The position numbers and the translations under genes are program-made. A model generated the notes under the pieces. The model saw nothing but the letters and a program-made list of their open reading frames with translations, was not told where the DNA came from and did no database searches. A stretch of DNA of 64,000 bases from contig CAIYOD010000028.1 of the NCBI GenBank assembly GCA_903927755.1, forward strand, positions 20,374 to 84,373, in the 5' to 3' direction. Shown one piece after another: positions 35,451 to 47,167 of the stretch. The stretch comes from an uncultured Thermoleophilia bacterium (GTDB lineage Bacteria > Actinomycetota > Thermoleophilia > UBA2241). Numbering within the stretch: the first letter of the stretch is position 1; each line of letters opens with the position of its first letter.

Positions 35451-37109
35451 TCAGCGTCCTGGTCGAGCGGCGGTGTCCGGTCGGCGCTCCCCTCGGCGCT
35501 CCGACTCCCCGGCAGACGCGACGTCGACCGGATAGTGCCGGCGCCCGACCAGGAGCACGACGCCGGCCGCCGCCAGCGGGATCAGCATGATGAGGAAGGC
35601 GACCAGAAGCCCGTGAGTCTGCGCCGGGACGATGGCCGACTCCGTGCCCTCCTCCAATCCGGCATCGCCGGAGATGAAGAGACCCGCGATGACGCCGAAG
35701 AGCAGGGGCCCAAACGCCTCGAGCGTGTTGCGCAGGGCCGTGCGCACCCCCTGGGCGCGCCCCCAGAGCTGGGCCGGCACGACATCCAGCTGCGCCGCGT
35801 CGAGCGGAGGATTGGGAGCCGAAAGCGCCGCCAGCCCCAGAAACAGGAGCGGCAGCGAGACGAGGAGGCTCGTCGAGAGCAGTGCGGGCACGAACAGCAC
35901 CGCGGCCACGATGAACGCGACTCCCGACACGACGATGCGGGCGTCGATCCGCCCGCGCTCGATCCACCGGTCGGCAAGGCGCCCCGCGGTGAGCAAGCCG
36001 AGGATCGACCCCGCACCGACGAGCCCGAGGATCAGCGTCGCCATCGCCTGTCCGACGTCGAAGTGCCCGCGGGCGAAGAGCACCGCGAACGTCCGTATCC
36101 CGGCGAGGAACAGGTAGCCGAGCGAGGAGGCGACGATCAGGTACACGTTGGTGCGCACGCGAAGCACGTAGAGCACGACTTGCCAGAGTGACATCGTCGC
36201 GGGATCGGCGGCCACGACGCGGTCCTCAGCGTGCTGAACGCCTCGCCTCCTGACCTCGGCCAGTACCGCATCGTCGGTGCGGACGGCGTCTTCGCCGGCG
36301 TAGGGCACGGCGTCCGCCGCGCTCGTCTCTTCGACCGGCACGAACCCCGTCGCCCCCGGCTCCAGCCTGCTCTGTCCGCCGCGAGCGGGCTCGGGCAGCC
36401 TGGTCCACAGCGCCCAGGCCAGGGCGATGCTCGGCACGGCGAGCATGACGAAGGCCGCCCGCCATCCGAACGCGGCGGAGACGAGAGAGGACACGCCGAT
36501 GCCCAGGCCGGCGCCGACCACCTCGCCGGCGACGATGTAGCCGTAGATCGTGCCGCGTTCTCCGGCGGGGAAGAAGTCGCCCGTCAAGGAGGCGACGGCC
36601 GGCACAGCCGTCGCCGTCACGGCGCCCAGCAGGAGGCGCGTGAGCAGCAGCATCTCGAAGGAGGTCGAGAATCCGCTCGCCGCCTCCGCCACGCCCCAGA
36701 GCACGATGCTGACCGCCAGCACGTTCACGCGCCGCGTCTTGTCGACGAGGACGCCGAAGGGGATGGCGGCGAGCGCGCCGACGAGCGACGAGACCGTCAC
36801 GAGGAGCCCGAGCTCGGCCGTCCCGATGCCGAGCGCCGGCTGCAGCTGCGGCGCGATGGCGCCGACCGAGCTGGCGTCGGCGGCGCTCAGCGCGAGCACC
36901 AGGCCGAGCAGGACGATGACCGTCCGCCGGGGAGGGCCGCCCAGACGGTCGGTAAGCCGGTCCGAATGATGCCGTGCTCGCCGCCCCAGCCAAGGCCTCA
37001 GGCTGTCGGTCCAGAAGGGCCACCTGGGCGCCTTTCTGAGCTGCGGCTGTGGCGTGCTGTCGGTTGCGGCCGGCATCCCTGCCTCGTCCAATGGTCCTGC
37101 CAGGGTCAT
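35451..37109 (-). CDS. MFS transporter
   Basis: 12-14 hydrophobic helices and the MFS signature region GVLVDKTRRVNVLAVS (D-x-x-x-R-R loop 2-3). The start is uncertain (alternative ATG 37076). Confidence 0.8.
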   Translation of the reverse strand: MTLAGPLDEAGMPAATDSTPQPQLRKAPRWPFWTDSLRPWLGRRARHHSDRLTDRLGGPPRRTVIVLLGLVLALSAADASSVGAIAPQLQPALGIGTAELGLLVTVSSLVGALAAIPFGVLVDKTRRVNVLAVSIVLWGVAEAASGFSTSFEMLLLTRLLLGAVTATAVPAVASLTGDFFPAGERGTIYGYIVAGEVVGAGLGIGVSSLVSAAFGWRAAFVMLAVPSIALAWALWTRLPEPARGGQSRLEPGATGFVPVEETSAADAVPYAGEDAVRTDDAVLAEVRRRGVQHAEDRVVAADPATMSLWQVVLYVLRVRTNVYLIVASSLGYLFLAGIRTFAVLFARGHFDVGQAMATLILGLVGAGSILGLLTAGRLADRWIERGRIDARIVVSGVAFIVAAVLFVPALLSTSLLVSLPLLFLGLAALSAPNPPLDAAQLDVVPAQLWGRAQGVRTALRNTLEAFGPLLFGVIAGLFISGDAGLEEGTESAIVPAQTHGLLVAFLIMLIPLAAAGVVLLVGRRHYPVDVASAGESERRGERRPDTAARPGR

Positions 37110-37160
37110 TGTCGTTCTGCGGCGACTTCAGCGCCCGGCGCTGTCAGCCCGAGCGGGACT

Positions 37161-38093
37161 CTACCGCCGCTGCAGCCACTTGGCGACGGCGACGCCCGCC
37201 CTCGCCCCGTCTCCGGCGGCGATGATGACCTGCTTGCCGAGCTGGTCCGTCACGTCGCCGGCGGCGAACACGCCGGGGCATCTCGTCATGAGACTGCGGT
37301 CGACCTCGATCTCGCCCGCCTCGTTCACCGGCACGAGACCGCCGGTGAGCTCCTCGGCCGGGATCGAGCCCGTCTCGATGAAGACCCCGGTGACCGGAAG
37401 AGTCACTTCGCGATCGGCGCCGTCACGCAGCACCACGGCGGTGACCTGCTGGTCTCCTTCGATGCTCGTCACGTGAGACTCCGTGTGCAGTTCCAGCCGG
37501 GGGGCGGCAGCGAGCCCGGCGATCAGGGCGGAGGACGCCCTCAGCTCTCGCTGCTCGGTGATCAGCACGACGTCGGCATCGAGGGTCGTGAGCTGGAGCG
37601 CGGCCTCGGCGGCGGACTCTCCCGGACCGACGACCGCGACCCGCTGCCCGCGGAAGAAGGCGGCGTCGCAGGTCGCGCAGTAGCTCACGCCGCGCCCGAC
37701 CAGCTCCTTCTCACCGGGCACGGCGAGACGCGACGGGGCGCGCCCGGTGGCGATGATCACGGCGCGTCCGTTCAACTGCAGGCCTTCGCGAGAGTGGACC
37801 TCGAAGCCTCCCTGGGAGGGCACCAGCGCATCCGCGTGCCGACCCTGGAACGTGTCGACGTCGAACCTGTCCACGTGATCGCGGAAATGACGCGCCAGCT
37901 CACCGCCGGAGATGAGCCCGAGTCCGAGGTAGTTGTCGATCTGGCTCGCCCACTGCGCCTGGCCGCCGAGCTCACCGGCGATGACGGCCGTGGTCAGGCC
38001 CTGGCGGGCGGTGTAGACGGCGGCCGCCAGTCCGGCCGGGCCGCCTCCGATGATGACCACGTCGTAGAGGTCTCTCGGTCGTTGGTCCGCCAT
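37161..38093 (-). CDS. Thioredoxin-reductase-like FAD/NAD(P)-dependent disulfide oxidoreductase
   Basis: YDVVIIGGGPAGLAAAVY (FAD GxGxxG), redox CATC in SYCATCDAAFF, VAVVGPGESAAE (NADPH site) and C-terminal GVFAAGDV. Ends in TAG. Confidence 0.85.
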   Translation of the reverse strand: MADQRPRDLYDVVIIGGGPAGLAAAVYTARQGLTTAVIAGELGGQAQWASQIDNYLGLGLISGGELARHFRDHVDRFDVDTFQGRHADALVPSQGGFEVHSREGLQLNGRAVIIATGRAPSRLAVPGEKELVGRGVSYCATCDAAFFRGQRVAVVGPGESAAEAALQLTTLDADVVLITEQRELRASSALIAGLAAAPRLELHTESHVTSIEGDQQVTAVVLRDGADREVTLPVTGVFIETGSIPAEELTGGLVPVNEAGEIEVDRSLMTRCPGVFAAGDVTDQLGKQVIIAAGDGARAGVAVAKWLQRR

Positions 38094-38287
38094 CCGTGTC
38101 TCCCCGTTCGAGTGCCCGAGCTGGGCTCACGTGGAGCATGCCCGAAGGCCGAACGAGGCGAACCGCCGTCTAGCTAGCCGGCCCGGGCGACCCTGGTCTC
38201 TGAACTGGTTGTGAATCCCACCCGCGGGGCAGAACTGAGCGGAACGCTGTGAGCTGCGGCGGGAGCAGCGCGCGACACGGGGGAGAC

Positions 38288-41200
38288 ATGGGACCAAAGA
38301 CGCCGGAGGGTGAGCCCCGACCGGCCGTGTCCGACAGGCGCAGCCGAGCCGAAGAGCGCCTGAAGAGCGAGGGCGCGCCCACCCAGACAGGCACGCCATC
38401 CGAGTCCGACGCGGCGCTGCACGAACTGCGCGTCCACCAGGTCGAGCTCGAGATGCAGAACGAGGAGTTGCGCCGCGCCCAACTCGAGGTGGAGGAGGCG
38501 CGCTCCAGGTACTTCGAGCTCTTCGACAACGCGCCCGTCGGCTATCTCACCCTCGACGACGAGGGCTTGATAGATGACGCGAATCTCACCGCGGCCACGA
38601 CGCTCGGAGTCCCCATCTCCGCGCTGGTCGGCCAGCCGTTCACTCGCTTCGTCGCCGCGGACGATCAGGATGTCTTCTACCTGCGCCACAAAGCACTCGT
38701 ACGAACCGGCCGGCCGCAAGGCTTCGAGCTGCGCCTGCCGGGCGCCGGCGGCGGCGTGCTCTGGATGCACGCGGAGGCGGTCCTCGCCGGCGCCGGTCCC
38801 GACGGCGACCCGGCCTGTCGCCTCACGCTGACCGACATCACCGAGTACAAGCTTGACGCGGACGCGCGGATAGAAGGCCGTGCCCTGCTGCAAGCCATCG
38901 TCAACGGCACCACGGACGCCGTCTACGTGAAGGATGCGCAGGGCCGCTACCTGCTGTTCAACCCCGCCGCCGAGGACGTCACCGGCAAGCGAGCCGCCGA
39001 CGTCCTGGGGAAGGACGACCACGCTCTCTTCCCGCCCGACGAGGCCGAGACCATCATGGCGGCAGACCGCAGGGCGATCGAAGGGACGATGACCTTCGAG
39101 GAGACGGTGACCGGCGCGTCGGGCGAGTCGGTCACCTTCCTCAGCACCAAGGGCCCTTTCCACGACGAGCGCGGCGAACTGCTGGGATTATTCGGCATCG
39201 CCCGCGACATCACCAAGCGCAAGCGCGCCGAGGCGGCGCTCGCCGAGAGCGAGCGCAACTTCCGCAACTTCTTCGATACGGTCGACGACATCATCGTGGT
39301 GGCGGCGCCGGACGGCCGCCTCGTCTACGGCAATCCCGCCACCTCGACGAGGCTCGGCTACGGCGCCGAGGAGTTCCTCACGCTCCACGTCCTCGACCTT
39401 CACCCGCCCGGGAGGCGCGACGAAGCCGAGACGATCATCGGCGAGCTGCTCCGCGACGAACGCGACAGCTGCCCATTCCCGCTGCAGACGCGGGCGGGAG
39501 AGCTGGTCGCGGTGGAGACACGCGCGTGGCTCGGCCGCTGGGATGGGGCGGAGTGCATCTTCGGCGTCTGCAAGGACCTCACCCGGGAGCAGGAGGCCCT
39601 CCAACGGTTCGACCGCCTCTTCCACGGCAGCCCCGCTCTGATGACGGTGAACAGCGTGCCGGAGGGCCGGTTCACAGACGTCAACGAGGCCTACCTTGCC
39701 GCCTTCGGCTACTCGCGCGAGGAGGTGCTCGGGCGCACTGCGGTGGATCTGGGGCTCTTCGCCGACCCGCAAGAATACGCGGTCGTCGCCCAGGCGCTGG
39801 AGCTGTGCGGCCGCGTGACCAACCACGAGTTGAAGGTCCGGCGCCATGACGGGACCCTTCTCGACGGCCTCCTGTTCGCTGAGCTCATCGAGAGCCAAGG
39901 GTCGCAGCACGTCCTCACCGTCATGATCGACCAGACCGAGCGCAAGCGTGCGGAGGAGCAGCTGCGCGTGAGCGAAGAGCGACTTGCCAGGGCCGTCGAG
40001 GGATCCGGGGTCGGGCTTTGGGACTGGCAGGTGCAGGGCGGCGAGGTGGTGCTGAACGAGCGTTGGGCCGAGATCATCGGCTACACGCTCGCCGAGCTGC
40101 AGCCGGTCTCGATTGAGACGTGGCGAGGCCTCTGCCATCCGGACGACCTGCAGCGCTCGGACGTCCTCGTGGAGGAGCACTTCGCGGGGCAGTCGCCCAC
40201 CTATCGGTTCGAGGCACGCATGCGCCACAAGGACGGCCACTGGGTCTGGGTGCTCGACCGGGGGAAGGTCTCCGAGTGGGACGACGACGGGCGGCCGCTG
40301 CGGATGGTCGGCACGCACCTCGACATCAGCAGTCGCAGAGCGGCGGAAGCAGAGATCGCCGGCGCTCTGTCTGTCCTGGAGTCGACGCTCGAGTCCACCG
40401 CCGACGGGATCCTCGTCGCCGACGGCGCCGGCGGCATCACCCGGCTCAACCGGCGCTTCCTCGAGATCTGGAGCATCCCCGACGCGATCGCCGCCACCCA
40501 CGACGACGAAGCGGCCCTCGGCTACGTGCTGGACCAGCTGGTCGAGCCGGAGGAGTTCCTGAAGACGGTGCACGAACTGTACGCCGACCCGGAGCAGACC
40601 AGCTTCGACGTACTGAAGCTGAAGGGTGGCCGCGTGCTCGAGCGCTACTCGCAGCCGCAGCGCATCGGCGACTCCGTGGTCGGGCGCGTCTGGAGCTTCC
40701 GCGACGTCACCGAGCGCGTGCGGGCGGAGGGAGCGCTACAGCTGCAGTCGCGCCTACAGCGCCTGCTCATGGACATGTCGGCGCGCTACATCGACCTGCC
40801 GCTGGCAGCGGTGGACGCGACGATCGACGACTCGCTGCGCGAGCTGGGGGAGTTCGTCGAGGCCGACCGGGTCTACGTCTTCGACTACGACTTTGAGCGG
40901 CAGACGTACTCCAACACCTACGAGTGGTGCGCCGCGGGCATCGAGCCGCAGATCGACTCGCTGCAGGGTCTCCCCCTGGCGAGTCTGCCGGACTGGATCG
41001 AGGCGCATCGCCGCGGCGTCCCGACCTATGTGCCGGACGTGCTCGCCCTGCCGCAGAACGGGCTGCGGGAGGTGCTCGAACCGCAGAGCATCAAGAGCTT
41101 GCTCGGCATCCCGCTGATGAGTGCGGGCGAGTGCCTCGGCTTCGTCGGCTTCGACTCGGTGCGCCGGCACCGGGAGTACGCCGACGACGAGCGGCTGCTG

Positions 41201-42235
41201 CTGACGTTATTCGCGCGGATGCTGGGGAGCATCCGCCAGCGCCAGGGGGCGGAAGAGGCCCTGCGCCGGAGCGAGCAGCAGTACCGCCTGCTCGCGGACC
41301 ACATGACCGACCTCGTGTGGCTGATGGACATGGACATGAGCACGACCTACCAGAGCCCGTCGTCGGAGAAGGTGCGCGGCTACTCATCTGACGAGCTCAG
41401 AGTGCTGCCGATGGAGAAGAACCTCACGCCGGCGTCGCTGGAGCTGGCGATGAGGGCGTTCCGCGAGCACCTGCCGCGGATCGCGGCCGACCCGAGCTAC
41501 GACCCGGTCGTGATGCTGGAGCTCGAGTACTACCGCAAGGACGGCAGCACGTTCTGGTCCGAGAACACGTTCAGCGTGATCAGGGACGCCGAGGGCAGGC
41601 CCGTCTCGATCCTCGGCGAGGGACGAGACGTCACGGAGCGCAAGCGCGCGCAGGAGCAGATCGAGGAGCAGAACGCGGAGTTGCTGCGGCTCAACGACGA
41701 GCTCGTCGCCGAGACCACCGCGCTCGCAGAGGCCAACGCCACCATCACCCGGATCGCCGCGACCGACGTCCTGACCGGTCTCGCCAACCGCCGCAGCTTC
41801 TACGCGTCACTCGAACAGGCTGTCTCGCTGGCCCGCCGTCACGGCACGTCCCTGGCGCTCATCAGTCTCGACCTGGACGGCCTCAAGCGCGTCAACGACA
41901 CGCTCGGCCACGCCGCCGGCGACGAGGTGCTGGTGAGCTTCGCCGCGCTGGTCTTCGCGCAGTGCCGCGCCGAGGACGTGCCCGCGAGGCTCGGCGGTGA
42001 CGAGTTCAGCGTGCTCCTGCCCGCCACGGACCTCGAGGGAGCCAGGGAGCTCGCCGAGCGCGTGCTGGTGGGAGTGCGCTGCTCCGCGCAGCTGAAGGAG
42101 CGTGCAGTGACGGTGAGCATCGGGATCGCGCCGCTGCTGCCCGAAGAGCTCCCGGAGGCGTTGCTGGGCCGCGCCGACGAGGCGCTCTACGCGGCCAAGG
42201 GCGCCGGCGGCGACTCCGCGACGATCGCGGGCTGA
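38288..42235 (+). CDS. Multi-PAS/GAF diguanylate cyclase (GGDEF)
   Basis: ORF trimmed to ATG 38288. Repeated PAS S-box-like modules (several ...RDITERKRAEE... junctions), one GAF domain, and a C-terminal GGDEF domain with intact RLGGDEF and an RAED I-site five residues upstream. Confidence 0.9.
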   Translation: MGPKTPEGEPRPAVSDRRSRAEERLKSEGAPTQTGTPSESDAALHELRVHQVELEMQNEELRRAQLEVEEARSRYFELFDNAPVGYLTLDDEGLIDDANLTAATTLGVPISALVGQPFTRFVAADDQDVFYLRHKALVRTGRPQGFELRLPGAGGGVLWMHAEAVLAGAGPDGDPACRLTLTDITEYKLDADARIEGRALLQAIVNGTTDAVYVKDAQGRYLLFNPAAEDVTGKRAADVLGKDDHALFPPDEAETIMAADRRAIEGTMTFEETVTGASGESVTFLSTKGPFHDERGELLGLFGIARDITKRKRAEAALAESERNFRNFFDTVDDIIVVAAPDGRLVYGNPATSTRLGYGAEEFLTLHVLDLHPPGRRDEAETIIGELLRDERDSCPFPLQTRAGELVAVETRAWLGRWDGAECIFGVCKDLTREQEALQRFDRLFHGSPALMTVNSVPEGRFTDVNEAYLAAFGYSREEVLGRTAVDLGLFADPQEYAVVAQALELCGRVTNHELKVRRHDGTLLDGLLFAELIESQGSQHVLTVMIDQTERKRAEEQLRVSEERLARAVEGSGVGLWDWQVQGGEVVLNERWAEIIGYTLAELQPVSIETWRGLCHPDDLQRSDVLVEEHFAGQSPTYRFEARMRHKDGHWVWVLDRGKVSEWDDDGRPLRMVGTHLDISSRRAAEAEIAGALSVLESTLESTADGILVADGAGGITRLNRRFLEIWSIPDAIAATHDDEAALGYVLDQLVEPEEFLKTVHELYADPEQTSFDVLKLKGGRVLERYSQPQRIGDSVVGRVWSFRDVTERVRAEGALQLQSRLQRLLMDMSARYIDLPLAAVDATIDDSLRELGEFVEADRVYVFDYDFERQTYSNTYEWCAAGIEPQIDSLQGLPLASLPDWIEAHRRGVPTYVPDVLALPQNGLREVLEPQSIKSLLGIPLMSAGECLGFVGFDSVRRHREYADDERLLLTLFARMLGSIRQRQGAEEALRRSEQQYRLLADHMTDLVWLMDMDMSTTYQSPSSEKVRGYSSDELRVLPMEKNLTPASLELAMRAFREHLPRIAADPSYDPVVMLELEYYRKDGSTFWSENTFSVIRDAEGRPVSILGEGRDVTERKRAQEQIEEQNAELLRLNDELVAETTALAEANATITRIAATDVLTGLANRRSFYASLEQAVSLARRHGTSLALISLDLDGLKRVNDTLGHAAGDEVLVSFAALVFAQCRAEDVPARLGGDEFSVLLPATDLEGARELAERVLVGVRCSAQLKERAVTVSIGIAPLLPEELPEALLGRADEALYAAKGAGGDSATIAG

Positions 42236-42244
42236 CCGCGCCTG

Positions 42245-43324
42245 CTAAGCCACCAGAGGCAGCAGCGCCGGGGAGCCTGCGAGCTCGGCCATGAGGTCGC
42301 TGGTGCGGAGGATGCGATCGACCCTCGCGGCGGTGGTGCCCGCCGTGTAGAGCGGTCGCTCCTCGCCGACGTCGTAGCCGGCGGCGCTGAACAGCCCCTC
42401 GCAGATGCAGAAGAAGTGCTCGTTGTCGTTCTTCGCGGCGCACTGGGTGAACCGCCCGTCCGCGTCCTTGAACAGCACGTAGCCCTTGGCGCATCGCGGC
42501 GGGCGAGCCTGCACCAGCGCGTCCCTGTACATCGGAGACTCGCGCAGCACGCGGAACGGCAGGCCGCAGGGCGAGCCGGGCGCGTTGGCGACCACCATGT
42601 CTTCGGGGCGGGCGCGCAGGACGGCCTGCTTGTACTCGGGGGATGCGCTGCTCTCCTCGGTAGCCAGGAAGCGCGTCCCCATCTGCACGCCGTCGGCGCC
42701 GAGGGCGATGAAACGGCGGATGTCCTCGTGCGAGTAGACGCCGCCGGCCACGATCACCGGCAGATCGCCGTGGGCCATCGCAACCTCTTTGACCGGCGGC
42801 AGGAGCCGCTCGAGTGTGTTCTCCTCGAGGTCGACCTGATCGGCGCGAAAGCCGAGGTGGCCTCCCGCCAGAGGCCCTTCGAGCACGACCGCGTCGGGGC
42901 GGACGTGCAGACGCTCCCAGCGCCGGCAGATGACCGCCAGCGCGCGGGCGGACGAGACGATCGGGATGAGCGCGGTCTCGCGCGCCGGCTGTATGGAGGG
43001 CAGCGACAGCGGCAGGCCGGCGCCCGAGACGATCGCGTCGGCGCCGGCGTCGAGCGCCGCGCGCACGGAGGCCACGAAGTCACGCTGGAGCGCCACCATG
43101 ATGTTGACGCCGGCGAAGCCGCCGCGAGCCTTGGCGGCCTCCACCTCGAGACGCACGGCCTCGTAGATGCCCACCTTGCGCCCGAGGCGCTTGGAGACGA
43201 TACGGTCGAGCCCCGCGCTGGAGACGATCCCCAGGCCGCCCGCGACGGCCACAGCCGATGCCAGCGGGGCAAGCGACACGCCGACGCCCATTCCACCCTG
43301 GAAGATCGGCAGAGCGAGCTGCAT
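42245..43324 (-). CDS. Nitronate monooxygenase / FabK-like FMN-dependent oxidoreductase family protein
   Basis: MQLALPIFQGGMGVGVS...VNIMVA...IVSGAGLP...GPLAGGHLG...VIVAGGV...GADGVQMGTRFL. The listed ORF start 43393 adds AT-rich codons atypical for this genome, so ATG 43324 is preferred. Ends in TAG. Confidence 0.85.
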   Translation of the reverse strand: MQLALPIFQGGMGVGVSLAPLASAVAVAGGLGIVSSAGLDRIVSKRLGRKVGIYEAVRLEVEAAKARGGFAGVNIMVALQRDFVASVRAALDAGADAIVSGAGLPLSLPSIQPARETALIPIVSSARALAVICRRWERLHVRPDAVVLEGPLAGGHLGFRADQVDLEENTLERLLPPVKEVAMAHGDLPVIVAGGVYSHEDIRRFIALGADGVQMGTRFLATEESSASPEYKQAVLRARPEDMVVANAPGSPCGLPFRVLRESPMYRDALVQARPPRCAKGYVLFKDADGRFTQCAAKNDNEHFFCICEGLFSAAGYDVGEERPLYTAGTTAARVDRILRTSDLMAELAGSPALLPLVA

Positions 43325-43450
43325 GCCCTTGAGGGCGAGAAGCGGGAGCGAGGAAGGATCAGTTAACAAGACTAAAATCATACGATATTTCACGAGAAAA
43401 GGCCAGCCGGCCGCGCGTGAGAGGGACGCGGCGGGGCCGGCGGCCGTAGG

Positions 43451-44374
43451 TCAGGCGAGCAACTGCCAGAGCAGGACCCCGGCGATGACCAGCGGCGTGG
43501 ACACGGCGACGAGCAGCCGCGCCAGCTCCTTGTCGAGGTCGAAGACTGCCGCGACGACCATCGTGTAGAAGGCCACGGGCATGGCCGCGAGCAGAAGGAA
43601 GACGGCGGGGATGTGGACGCCGGCGAGCCATCCCAGCACCAGCAGGATGACCGGGGCAAGGGCGCAGCGCAGGACCACGGTCACCGCGCCGCGCCACAGG
43701 TCGCCGCGGTCGTGGCGCAGCGGCTCCAGCGAGATGGCGAGGCCGAGCTGGAGGAACCCGACGAACCCGATCAGCAACCCGACCACCGGCCCGATGGGGT
43801 CGAGCACCACGGTGAGGTCCACACTCAGCAGCCGCAGCGTCACGGCCGCCGCGCCGACGACGACCGGAGGATTGAGCAGCCAACTGCGCAGCACTTGCCG
43901 CACGCCGAGAGCCCGGCCGCCGCGCGACTCCGGCCCCGCGTAGTGCCGTGCGAGTCCCAGGATGACGCCCGGCGTCGGGATCAGGAACTGGAACTCGGTG
44001 AAGACCACGGCCAGCGCCAGGCCGGGGCCACCGAAGATGAGAGTCGCGAACGGATATCCGAGGATCGCCGTGTTGCCCAGCGTGGTGGCGTACGCCATGA
44101 CGCCCGCCTCTCCCCGGTCGCGGCTGCCGAACCGCCCCCACAGCATGCCGATGAGTAGCGTGAGCCAAGCGGCCGCGACCACGCACGCGAACGCGGCCAC
44201 GAGCTCCGGCCGCACCGCGACCGTGGTGTACGCGTATGCCACGGTGAGCGGTGAGAGCACCCAGAGCACGAACATGAACACCAGATGCGAGGCGCGCTGC
44301 GGGTCGCGGAGCCGGCGCTGCAGCGCGACGCCGGCGGCGAAGCAGGCCAGCCAGCCGGCGATCGAGATCAGCAA
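43451..44374 (-). CDS. AEC (auxin efflux carrier) family transporter
   Basis: 307 aa with about 10 TM helices, in the two-lobed arrangement typical of the AEC/MleP-like family. Confidence 0.75.
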   Translation of the reverse strand: MLISIAGWLACFAAGVALQRRLRDPQRASHLVFMFVLWVLSPLTVAYAYTTVAVRPELVAAFACVVAAAWLTLLIGMLWGRFGSRDRGEAGVMAYATTLGNTAILGYPFATLIFGGPGLALAVVFTEFQFLIPTPGVILGLARHYAGPESRGGRALGVRQVLRSWLLNPPVVVGAAAVTLRLLSVDLTVVLDPIGPVVGLLIGFVGFLQLGLAISLEPLRHDRGDLWRGAVTVVLRCALAPVILLVLGWLAGVHIPAVFLLLAAMPVAFYTMVVAAVFDLDKELARLLVAVSTPLVIAGVLLWQLLA

Positions 44375-44383
44375 GGCGAGGCC

Positions 44384-44812
44384 TCAGACGTTGTAGACTT
44401 CGCGCCCCAGGATCTTCACCCAGTTGTCCGCCAGCACCTGCTGAGCCTCTTCGGGCTTGTCCACGCCCAGGATGACGATGGCGTTGCCGTGGATCCGGCC
44501 GAGGTGCGGATAGAGATAGTGGACGTTGATGCCCGCGGCCTTCAGCGGCTTCAGCACCGCGCTCACGCTGCCCGGATGATCCGGTATCTCGACGGCGAGC
44601 ACGTCGATCTCCTTGGGGTCGTAGCCACCGCCGGTGAGGATGTTCCTGGCCTTCTCGTGGTCGTCGACGACGAACCGGACGGTGCTGATGTCCGAGGTGT
44701 CCGCCACCGAGATGGCCCTGATGTTCACGCCCTCGCGTCCCAGGAGCTCGCTGATGGTGGCGAAGCTCCCCGGGATGTTGGCGAGACTCACGGACAACTG
44801 CCTGATGGACAT
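44384..44812 (-). CDS. Tandem ACT-domain protein
   Basis: This is the 3' portion of listed ORF 44384..45379. ATG 44812 gives MSIRQLSVSLANIPGSFATISELLGREGVNIRAISVADTSD...VLAVEIPDHPGSVSAVLKPLKAAGINVHYLY, i.e. two ACT repeats. Confidence 0.8.
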   Translation of the reverse strand: MSIRQLSVSLANIPGSFATISELLGREGVNIRAISVADTSDISTVRFVVDDHEKARNILTGGGYDPKEIDVLAVEIPDHPGSVSAVLKPLKAAGINVHYLYPHLGRIHGNAIVILGVDKPEEAQQVLADNWVKILGREVYNV

Positions 44813-44817
44813 GCGCG

Positions 44818-45350
44818 TCAGTCCTTTGTGTAGTCGTGGCCCACGGCGAGGGCTCTCTTGTTGAGGTCCAGGAGCTTCGCTCTGCCTTTGCCGAGGATCT
44901 CGGCGAGATTCTCCACCATGGCGTCGTAGGAGATCATGCTGCTCGCCCTGACCAGAGCCCCGAGCATGATCATGTTGGCCACCTTGATGGAGCCCAGCTG
45001 CTCCGCCAGCTCGCTCGTGGGGACCGCGAGGATCTCGATGTCGCTCCTCGCCGTCTCGGTGTGCACGAGCGAGGAGTTGGCGCACAGAAGCCCTCCCGAC
45101 TGGAGGGCGCCCTGGAACCTGACGAAGGAGGGCTGGTTCATGGCGATGACGACTTCCGGCGACGACGCCACGGGCGAGGCGATCTCCTCGTCGGAGACGG
45201 CGACGGCGCAGTTGGCGGTGCCGCCCCGCACCTCCACGCCGTAGCTGGGCAGGTACGTGACGTACCTGCCTTCGAGCATGGCTGCGGTGGCCAGGGTCGA
45301 TCCCATGGAGAGGACGCCCTGCCCTCCGGATCCCGAGATGATGGCCTTCG

Positions 45351-45357
<7 letters not shown>
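44818..45357 (-). CDS. 2-oxoacid:ferredoxin oxidoreductase, gamma subunit
   Basis: GTG 45357. VLTKAIISGSGGQGVLSMGSTLATAAMLEGRYVTYLPSYGVEVRGGTANCAVAVSDEEI is the canonical gamma-subunit N-terminus. Confidence 0.85.
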
Positions 45358-46087
<730 letters not shown>

Positions 46088-46091
<4 letters not shown>

Positions 46092-47167
46092 GGCTGCTTC
46101 CGATCGCCGTCCGCATGGGCCTGGTAATAGTGTCGCGAGATGATCCTGTAGAGCTCGACGGGCATCGGCACGACGCCTCCGGGCCTTCCGTAGAAATGGA
46201 TGTGTCCCTCGCCCTCGAGCGCGAGTCTCACGTCCTCCACCATCTGGCCGGCGCTGAGCTCGAAGACGAAGAAGTCGGTCACCGACTTCGCCAGCTCCCG
46301 CAGGGCCTTCATGGGGAACGGCCAGAGCGTGATGGGCCGGATCATGCCCACCTTCTTGCCCTCGTCGCGGAGTCGCTTGATGGCGCCCCTGGCGATGCGC
46401 GCGCCGATGCCGTAGGCGACCACGATCATCTCGGCGTCGTCCACCAGATAGGTCTCGTAGCGGACCTCGTCCTGCTCGATGAGCCGGAACTTCCGCTGCA
46501 GCTTCCAGTTCTTCTCCTCCTGGAGTTTGACGTCGAAGATCAGGGAGTAGATCGACTGGGCGGGTCTGCCCTTGGCGCCTGTGAGCGCCCAGCTCTTGTC
46601 GTAGTCCGGCGGGCGCACGAGGCCGTCGAAGTCGACCGGCTCCATCATCTGGCCCAGGATGCCGTCGCCGAGGATGATCACGGGGCTCCGGTACTTGTCC
46701 GCCAGGTCGAAGGCCATCGGTACGACCTCCGTCAGCTCCTGGACGGACGCGGGCGCGAGGACGACGGTCCTGTAGTCGCCGTGACCGCCGCCGCGCGTGG
46801 CCTGGAAGTAGTCCGACTGCGCCCCGGCGATGCTCCCCATGCCGGGGCCGCCCCGCACCATGTTGACGATGACGGCGGGCAGCTCGTCGGCCACCAGGTA
46901 GGAGATGCCTTCCTGCTTGAGGCTCATGCCGGGGCCGCTCGACGACGTCATGGTGCGTGCTCCGGCCGCGGAGGCCCCGAGCACCATGTTGATGGCGGCG
47001 ATCTCGCTCTCCGACTGGATGAAGACACCACCCGCGCCGGGCATACGCCGGGCCATGTACTCCGTGATCTCGTTCTGGGGGGTGATGGGGTACCCGAAGT
47101 AGTGCGTGCACCCGGAGAGGACCGCCGCCTCACCCAGCGCGGCGTTGCCGCTCATCAGCTGTCTCAC
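46088..47167 (-). CDS. 2-oxoacid:ferredoxin oxidoreductase, alpha subunit
   Basis: GTG 47167 overlaps the delta stop (GTGA). VRQLMSGNAALGEAAVLSGCTHYFGYPITPQNEI...QSESEIAAINMVLGASAAGARTMTSSSGPG. An ATG 47155 start is also possible. Confidence 0.9.

Noticed and set aside
43325-43393. N-terminal extension MKYRMILVLLTDPSSLPLLALKG of the NMO-like gene
   Set aside because: Its codons (AAA TAT CGT ATG ATT TTA GTC TTG TTA ACT GAT) are AT-rich at the third position, unlike every confident gene here. The region looks like a promoter or UTR (TATGAT box), and homologues start near MQLALPIFQGGMG.
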